Origin: Actinomycetes bacterium
Lineage (GTDB): Bacteria; Actinomycetota; Actinomycetes; Prado026
Assembly: GCA_038210415.1 (NCBI GenBank)
Contig: JBBQWS010000011.1
Coordinates: 1,593 to 65,592 of the forward strand
Direction: 5' to 3'
Length of the DNA stretch: 64,000 bases
Part shown: one piece after another, positions 58,921 to 64,000 of the stretch
Position numbering within the stretch: position 1 is the first letter of the stretch
Layout: each line of letters begins with the position of its first letter
Made by a program: the position numbers and the translations under genes
Notes under the pieces: model-generated
Told to the model about the DNA's origin: nothing
Databases searched by the model: none
What the model saw: only the letters and a program-made list of their open reading frames with translations

Positions 58921-60688
58921 GGGTCGGCGAGATGCTGGGCGACGGCGAGATGCTCGGGCTCGGCGGCGGGCTCGGTGGTGCCACGGCCACGGTGATCGTG
59001 ACGATCTTCCCCTGCTCGAGCAGGGTCCCGCTGGGCGGGGTCTGGGTGATCACGGTGCCCGGGGCGAACGCGTCGGTCTGCTGCTTGCTCACGTTGACCT
59101 TGAAGCCGGCGTTGGTCAGCGCCCCCTCTGCGTCGGCCTGCGCGAGGCCGACGACCTTCGGAACCGCAACCTTGCCGCTGGAGATGGTGAGGTTCACCGG
59201 TGTGCCCTTGGGCACCTGCGTGCCCTCGGCCGGGCTGACCGCGAGCACCTGCCCGGCCACCTGGTCGGAGTCCTTGAGTGTGATCGTGCCGTTGGTCAGT
59301 CCGGCGGCGCTGAGCGCGGTGAGTGCCTGATCCTTGGTGAGGCCCACGAGGATCGGCACGCGCACCTTCTCCGGACCGCCCGACAACGTGAGGTCGACGG
59401 GTGTGCCCTTGGCCACCTTCGCGCCCGAGGTCGGGTCCTGGTTGATGACGGTGCCGATCGGCTTGTCGCTGGTCTCGGTTCGCTCGACGCCCTCCTTCAG
59501 CCCGCGTTCGGTGAGCTGGGCCACGGCGACGTTCTTGACCAGCCCCGCGAGTTGAGGCACGACGACCTGCTCCCCTGTGCTGTCGAAGAGGCCGCGACCG
59601 AGGAAGAACGCCAGCGCCAGCGCGGCGACCACGCCGACCGCCAGCAGGGCGTACCAGCCGTTGCGCGACTGGTCGGGCGGCGGCAGCTCTCGGGCCGGAG
59701 CGACGGTGGTGCTGATCGGTGTGATCAGCTGGGTGCGGTCGGCGTCGCCCTCGGTGACGAGCGCCGGAGCGAGCGGCTCCCCCGCGCCGATCCGCTGGAT
59801 GTCGGCGCGCATGTCGATGGCCGACTGGTAGCGCTCGCCGGGGCTCTTGGCGAGGGCCCGCATCACCAGGGCGTCGCACGCGAGAGGCACGTCGGGGTTG
59901 ACCCGCGAGGGTGGCGGGGCGGTCTCGCGGACGTGCTGGTACGCGACCGAGACCGGTGAGTCGCCGACGAACGGCGGCCGTCCGCAGAGCAGCTCGTAGA
60001 GCATGCAGCCCACGGAGTACAGGTCGCTGCGTGCGTCGACTAGCTCGCCGCGCGCCTGTTCCGGTGAGAGGTACTGCGCCGTACCCAGGACGGCCGAGGT
60101 CTGGGTCATGGTGGCGGCACTGTCGGCGATGGCCCGGGCGATGCCGAAGTCCATCACCTTGACCTCGCCGGCCCGGTTGAGCATGACGTTGCCGGGCTTG
60201 ATGTCGCGGTGGATGATGCCGTGCCGGTGCGAGTAGTCCAGCGCGGCCAGGGTGCCGTCGGTGATCTCCAGGGCACGCTCCGGCAGGAACCGGTGCCCCG
60301 ATCGCAGCATGTCGCGCAGAGTGGTGCCGTCGACGAACTCCATCACGATGTACGGCACGGCGACACCGCTGACGTCGGTCTCGCCGGTGTCGTACACCGC
60401 CACGATGTTGGGGTGGTTCAGCGACGCGGAGGCTTGTGCCTCACGCCGGAACCTCGCCTGGAACGAGGGGTCGCGGGCGAGGTCGGTGCGCAGCAGCTTG
60501 ACCGCGACACGGCGGCCCAGGCGCAGGTCACGACCGACGTGGACCTCGGCCATGCCGCCCCGGCCGATCACCTCGCCGAGCTCGTACCGTCCGCCGAGCC
60601 GTCGGGGCTCGTCCATGCGCGTCTCCTCGGGGCCGTCGCTGTCGCTGGTGCCGCTCGTGCCGTCGGTCGAGCCCGTTCCGTCAGTCAT
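58916..60688 (-). CDS. pknB: Ser/Thr protein kinase PknB with three PASTA repeats
   Basis: [24 protein letters not shown] and SPEQ motifs. TM segment [19 protein letters not shown]. Three PASTA-like repeats and a Pro/Ser tail. Alt start at [14 protein letters not shown]. Confidence 0.93.
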   Translation of the reverse strand: MTDGTGSTDGTSGTSDSDGPEETRMDEPRRLGGRYELGEVIGRGGMAEVHVGRDLRLGRRVAVKLLRTDLARDPSFQARFRREAQASASLNHPNIVAVYDTGETDVSGVAVPYIVMEFVDGTTLRDMLRSGHRFLPERALEITDGTLAALDYSHRHGIIHRDIKPGNVMLNRAGEVKVMDFGIARAIADSAATMTQTSAVLGTAQYLSPEQARGELVDARSDLYSVGCMLYELLCGRPPFVGDSPVSVAYQHVRETAPPPSRVNPDVPLACDALVMRALAKSPGERYQSAIDMRADIQRIGAGEPLAPALVTEGDADRTQLITPISTTVAPARELPPPDQSRNGWYALLAVGVVAALALAFFLGRGLFDSTGEQVVVPQLAGLVKNVAVAQLTERGLKEGVERTETSDKPIGTVINQDPTSGAKVAKGTPVDLTLSGGPEKVRVPILVGLTKDQALTALSAAGLTNGTITLKDSDQVAGQVLAVSPAEGTQVPKGTPVNLTISSGKVAVPKVVGLAQADAEGALTNAGFKVNVSKQQTDAFAPGTVITQTPPSGTLLEQGKIVTITVAVAPPSPPPSPSISPSPSISPTP

Positions 60689-60707
60689 CCGACATCCTCT
60701 CGTGCCT

Positions 60708-62165
60708 TCATCGACCGAGCACCGCCTGCATGACTGCTCTTGCCACGGGGGCCGCGAGCCGGCCGCCGGAGATCTCCCCGTCGTTGGGGGCGCCCTCGAT
60801 CACGACGGCGACTGCCACCTGGGCGTCGTCGGCGGGCGCGAACGACACGAACCACGCGTCGGCCGGGCGGCCGGGAACGGTCTGGGCGGTGCCTGTCTTG
60901 CCGGCGACCCGAATCCCGGGGATCGCGGCGTTGCGGCCCGTCCCGTTCTCGACGACCCCGACCATCATGTCGGTGACGACCTGGGCCACCGCGGCGGTGA
61001 CCGCCTGGCCGAACTCCTCGGCGCGCGCCGTCGTCAGGATCGCGAGGTCGGGCCCGCGCACCTCCTGCACGAGGTACGGGCGGTTGACGATGCCGCGGTT
61101 GGCGACACCGGCGCCGACCATGGCCATCTGCAGGGCGGTGGACCGCACGTCGAACTGCCCGATCGCGACCTGGGCCGACTGCGGCGCGTTGACGTCGGTC
61201 GGGAACCGGCTCGTGGCCGCGGTCATCGGCACCTGGAAGGAGTTGTTGAAGCCGAAGCCCTCGGCCTGGGTGCGGATGGTCTCGCCGCCGAGGGCGATGC
61301 CGACGTTCGCGAAGGCCGTGTTGCACGAGATCGCCAGCGCCTCGGCGAGCGTGACCTTGCCGTTGCCGCAGGGCCGGCGGTTGTAGTTGGACAAGGTGGT
61401 GGTCGTCCCCGGCAGGGTGATCTTGGCCGGAGCGTCGATCAGTGTCGTGGGGGTGAACTTGCCGCTCGACAGTGCTGCGGAGAGCGTCACGATCTTGAAC
61501 GTCGATCCCGGGGGGTAGACCTCGGCGAGCGGCCGGTTCAGCATCGGGTTCGCCGGGTCGGTCGTGTACGTGTTCCACGCCTTGCGCTCGACGGCCGGGT
61601 CCAGGCTGGCCAGGAGGTTCGGGTCGAACGACGGCGTCGACACCAGGGCGAGGATCGCGCCGGTGGCCGGCTGGATCGCGACGACCGCGCCCTTCATCCC
61701 CCGCATCGCTGCGGCAGCCGCGGCCTGCGCCTTGGGGTTGATCGTCAGCAGCACGCTGCCGCCCTTGACGGTGCGTCCGGCGACCAGGTCCGACAGGTTC
61801 TGCAGCGCGAAACGCGGGTCGGAGCCGGACAGCACGTCGTTCTCGGCCCGCTCGATGCCGGTGCGTCCGTAGATCAGCGAGTAGTAGCCGGTCGCCGGTG
61901 CGTACAGCGGCCCGTTGGCGTAGGTGCGGACGTACCGCAGCTGACCGGACCCCAGCTTCGACGACGCGACCGGCTTGCCACCGCCGAGGATCGGCCCGCG
62001 CTCGCGGGCGTACTCCTTGATGACGTTGCGGTTGTTGCCGGGTCGGCCGGCGAGGTCGTTGGCCCGGCCCACCTGCACGACGTTGAGGTTGACCAGCAAG
62101 GCGAGGAACAGCAGTGCCGCCACGACTGCCAGGCGGCGGATCGTGCCCGCCATGCTCCCGGTCAC
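60708..62165 (-). CDS. pbpA: class B penicillin-binding protein PbpA
   Basis: PPGSTFKIV (SxxK), AISCN (SxN) and AGKTGTA (KTG). Overlaps the rodA stop. Confidence 0.92.
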   Translation of the reverse strand: MTGSMAGTIRRLAVVAALLFLALLVNLNVVQVGRANDLAGRPGNNRNVIKEYARERGPILGGGKPVASSKLGSGQLRYVRTYANGPLYAPATGYYSLIYGRTGIERAENDVLSGSDPRFALQNLSDLVAGRTVKGGSVLLTINPKAQAAAAAAMRGMKGAVVAIQPATGAILALVSTPSFDPNLLASLDPAVERKAWNTYTTDPANPMLNRPLAEVYPPGSTFKIVTLSAALSSGKFTPTTLIDAPAKITLPGTTTTLSNYNRRPCGNGKVTLAEALAISCNTAFANVGIALGGETIRTQAEGFGFNNSFQVPMTAATSRFPTDVNAPQSAQVAIGQFDVRSTALQMAMVGAGVANRGIVNRPYLVQEVRGPDLAILTTARAEEFGQAVTAAVAQVVTDMMVGVVENGTGRNAAIPGIRVAGKTGTAQTVPGRPADAWFVSFAPADDAQVAVAVVIEGAPNDGEISGGRLAAPVARAVMQAVLGR

Positions 62166-63538
62166 AGCGAGATCACCTGCGTCATCGCCTGGTCGCCGAC
62201 CACGACCGGCAACGGTTGCGGCCGCGCGGCTGAGTCACTGATCCGCAGCAGCAGCCCGATGACCATCCAGTTCGCGACGAGCGACGAGCCCCCGGCGGAG
62301 AGGAATGGCGTGGTGAGGCCGGTGAGCGGGATCAGACCGCTGACGCCGCCGACGACGATGAACACCTGGAGCGCCATGACGAAGGCGAGCCCGGTGGCCA
62401 GAAGTCGACCGAAGACGTCGCGGGCCGCCAGCGCCGTGCGCAGACCGCGCGCCACGATGATCGCGTACAGGACCAGCAGGGCCATCAGCCCGGTGAGGCC
62501 CAGCTCCTCGCCGACCGTCGAGATGATGAAGTCGGACTTCGCGTACGGGACGAGGTCGGGGGTGCCGCGGCCGATACCGGTGCCGAGGATGCCGCCGTCG
62601 GCCATGCCGTACAGGCTCTGCACGACCTGGTAGCCCTGGCCGCCAGGGTCGGCGAACGGGTGCAGCCAGACGTCGACGCGTACGCGCACGTGGGCGAACA
62701 GGTAGTAGCCGACCGTCGAGCCGAGCAGGAACAGCGCGCCGCCGATGACCGGCCAGCCGCGGCGGCCGGTGGCGACGTAGAGCAGGGCGACGAACAGGCC
62801 GAAGAACAGCAACGAGGTGCCGAGGTCCTTCTCGAACACGAGCACTCCGAGGCTGACCAGCCACGCGACGATGATCGGCCCCAGGTCGCGTCCGCGGGGC
62901 ACGTCGACGCCCAGGACCCGGGTGCGCACCACGGCAAGCGCATCGCGCTTCACGGTGAGGTAGCCGGCGAAGAACACGGCCAGGGCGATCTTGGCGACCT
63001 CGGACGGCTGGAACGAGAATCCCAGGGCCCGCACCCAGATCCGGGCCCCGTTGATGGTCACCCCGAGGCCGGGCACCAGCGGCGCAACGAGCAGCGCGAG
63101 CCCGACAAACATCGCGGTGTAGGTGAACCGCTGAAGCTGTCTCGGGTCGCGCACCGCGGCGAGCACGACGACCATCAGCACCACGGCGAGGGCCGTCCAG
63201 AGCAGCTGGGTCGGCGCCGTGGCCTTGGGCAGGTCCTTGCCCGCTGCGACGGCCTTCTTCGCGGCTGCGACGTCCAGCCGGTGGATCATGGCCAGGCCGA
63301 GCCCGTTGATGGCCACGGCCACGGGCAGGAGCACCTGGTCGGAGTACGGCGCCAGCCAGCGCACCGCCGCGTGCGCGACCAGCGCCCCGCCTGCAGTCAT
63401 CGCTGTGAAGCCGCCGAACCCTTGGGGCAGTCGGCCGTCGGTGGCCCAGCCGACCTGCGCGTACGCGAGCAGCCCGACCGCGAGAGCGGGCACGAGCAGC
63501 AACAGCTCGGGGATGCGCTTCGGCCGGAGGGTGGTCAT
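62162..63538 (-). CDS. rodA: SEDS-family peptidoglycan glycosyltransferase RodA/FtsW
   Basis: 458 aa, about 10 TM segments. Conserved C-terminal GLIPLTGLTTPFLSAGGSS. Operon position between the phosphatase gene and pbpA. Confidence 0.9.
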   Translation of the reverse strand: MTTLRPKRIPELLLLVPALAVGLLAYAQVGWATDGRLPQGFGGFTAMTAGGALVAHAAVRWLAPYSDQVLLPVAVAINGLGLAMIHRLDVAAAKKAVAAGKDLPKATAPTQLLWTALAVVLMVVVLAAVRDPRQLQRFTYTAMFVGLALLVAPLVPGLGVTINGARIWVRALGFSFQPSEVAKIALAVFFAGYLTVKRDALAVVRTRVLGVDVPRGRDLGPIIVAWLVSLGVLVFEKDLGTSLLFFGLFVALLYVATGRRGWPVIGGALFLLGSTVGYYLFAHVRVRVDVWLHPFADPGGQGYQVVQSLYGMADGGILGTGIGRGTPDLVPYAKSDFIISTVGEELGLTGLMALLVLYAIIVARGLRTALAARDVFGRLLATGLAFVMALQVFIVVGGVSGLIPLTGLTTPFLSAGGSSLVANWMVIGLLLRISDSAARPQPLPVVVGDQAMTQVISL

Positions 63539-64000
63539 CCGGACACCACGGGTGCGCCCGGACAGCCGTCCGGGATCGGGAGGCGTGCGCAGGCCTGGGC
63601 CTCCAGGCGCAGCGTGTCCAGAATCGTCCGCGCGTGCTCCAGGCTGTCGGCCTGGATGGTGGCGCCGAGCTGCTGTCGCGCGAAGTCCGGCAGGGTGGCG
63701 GGATCGATCCCGCTGGGCTCGACCACCCGCGAGAGGCTGTGCCCGAACACCTGCTGGTGCACGCCCTGGTAGATCGCCACCTCGTTGCCCGACACTCCGA
63801 CGTAGTACTGCGACTGTGACCAGCGGTAGCCGCCGAACGCGGCCAGCCCGAGGAGTGCGGCCAGCACCAGAAGCAGCGGGCCGAAGACCCGGAGCCGTCG
63901 GGCGCGGGTCACCGGCTCGGCAGCGGCGTCGACGTCGGTCCCGTCGGTGGCGGGGGGCTCGGTCGCGGCGGCCTCGGGGTCGTCGGGCGACGACTCGGTC
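63535..64000 (-). CDS. pstP: C-terminal part of a PP2C phosphatase (PstP-like), 5' end outside the window
   Basis: The frame stays open to the window edge (TESSPDDPEAAATEPPATDGTDVDAAAEP VTRARRLRVFGPLLLVLAALLGLAAF...). Only the acidic linker, the TM and the extracytoplasmic tail are visible. Identity rests on synteny with pknB-pbpA-rodA. Confidence 0.55.
   Translation of the reverse strand, partial: TESSPDDPEAAATEPPATDGTDVDAAAEPVTRARRLRVFGPLLLVLAALLGLAAFGGYRWSQSQYYVGVSGNEVAIYQGVHQQVFGHSLSRVVEPSGIDPATLPDFARQQLGATIQADSLEHARTILDTLRLEAQACARLPIPDGCPGAPVVSG

Overview
This is a high-GC (by eye about 70% G+C) actinobacterial chromosome segment centred on the replication origin.

**Core.** rpmH-rnpA-yidD-yidC-jag-rsmG-parA-parB lie on the minus strand. 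dnaA-[oriC]-dnaN-recF-DUF721(dciA-like)-gyrB-gyrA lie on the plus strand. oriC at about 44734-45115 is rich in DnaA boxes. Two palindromic parS sites sit inside the 5' ends of parA and rsmG.

**Left arm.**
- Secreted FN3 protein, FemAB-family transferase plus alanine-racemase-like enzyme, GT-C-like membrane protein, class A PBP, and PadR-ino1.
- An ~11 kb accessory block: APC permease, PfkB kinase, ATPase-less ABC sugar importer, SIS enzyme, amidohydrolase, class II aldolase, GH4 glycosidase, DeoR regulator and MFS transporter.
- cca, a NUDIX hydrolase, a DUF6049-like protein, murJ, a TM-protein plus NlpC/P60 pair, and a stand-alone pseudokinase.
- sigM and its anti-sigma factor, trxB-trxA, cwlM, and an aminotransferase-ddl pair.

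**Right arm.**
- DUF3566 protein, tRNA-Ile, a 42-aa DLW-motif ORF missing from the ORF track, and tRNA-Ala.
- A degenerate macro-like protein, ppiA, a rhomboid protease and a thiolase.
- crgA, a DUF881 protein, trpG/pabA, and pknB-pbpA-rodA-(pstP, cut by the window edge).

**What was not found.** I saw no CRISPR array, transposase, integrase, phage gene or recognisable defence system, and I cannot point to a clear-cut novel system.

**Most worth a second look.**
1. The sugar island, whose substrate cannot be predicted.
2. The two-gene wall-hydrolase module splitting murJ from its pseudokinase partner.
3. The Fem-transferase/racemase-like pair next to the PBP.
4. A three-box DnaA cluster 12 kb from oriC.

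**Limits.** All functional calls come from reading motifs by eye and from memory of protein families. No searches or computations were run. Many start codons were re-chosen by hand and are less certain than the stop codons.
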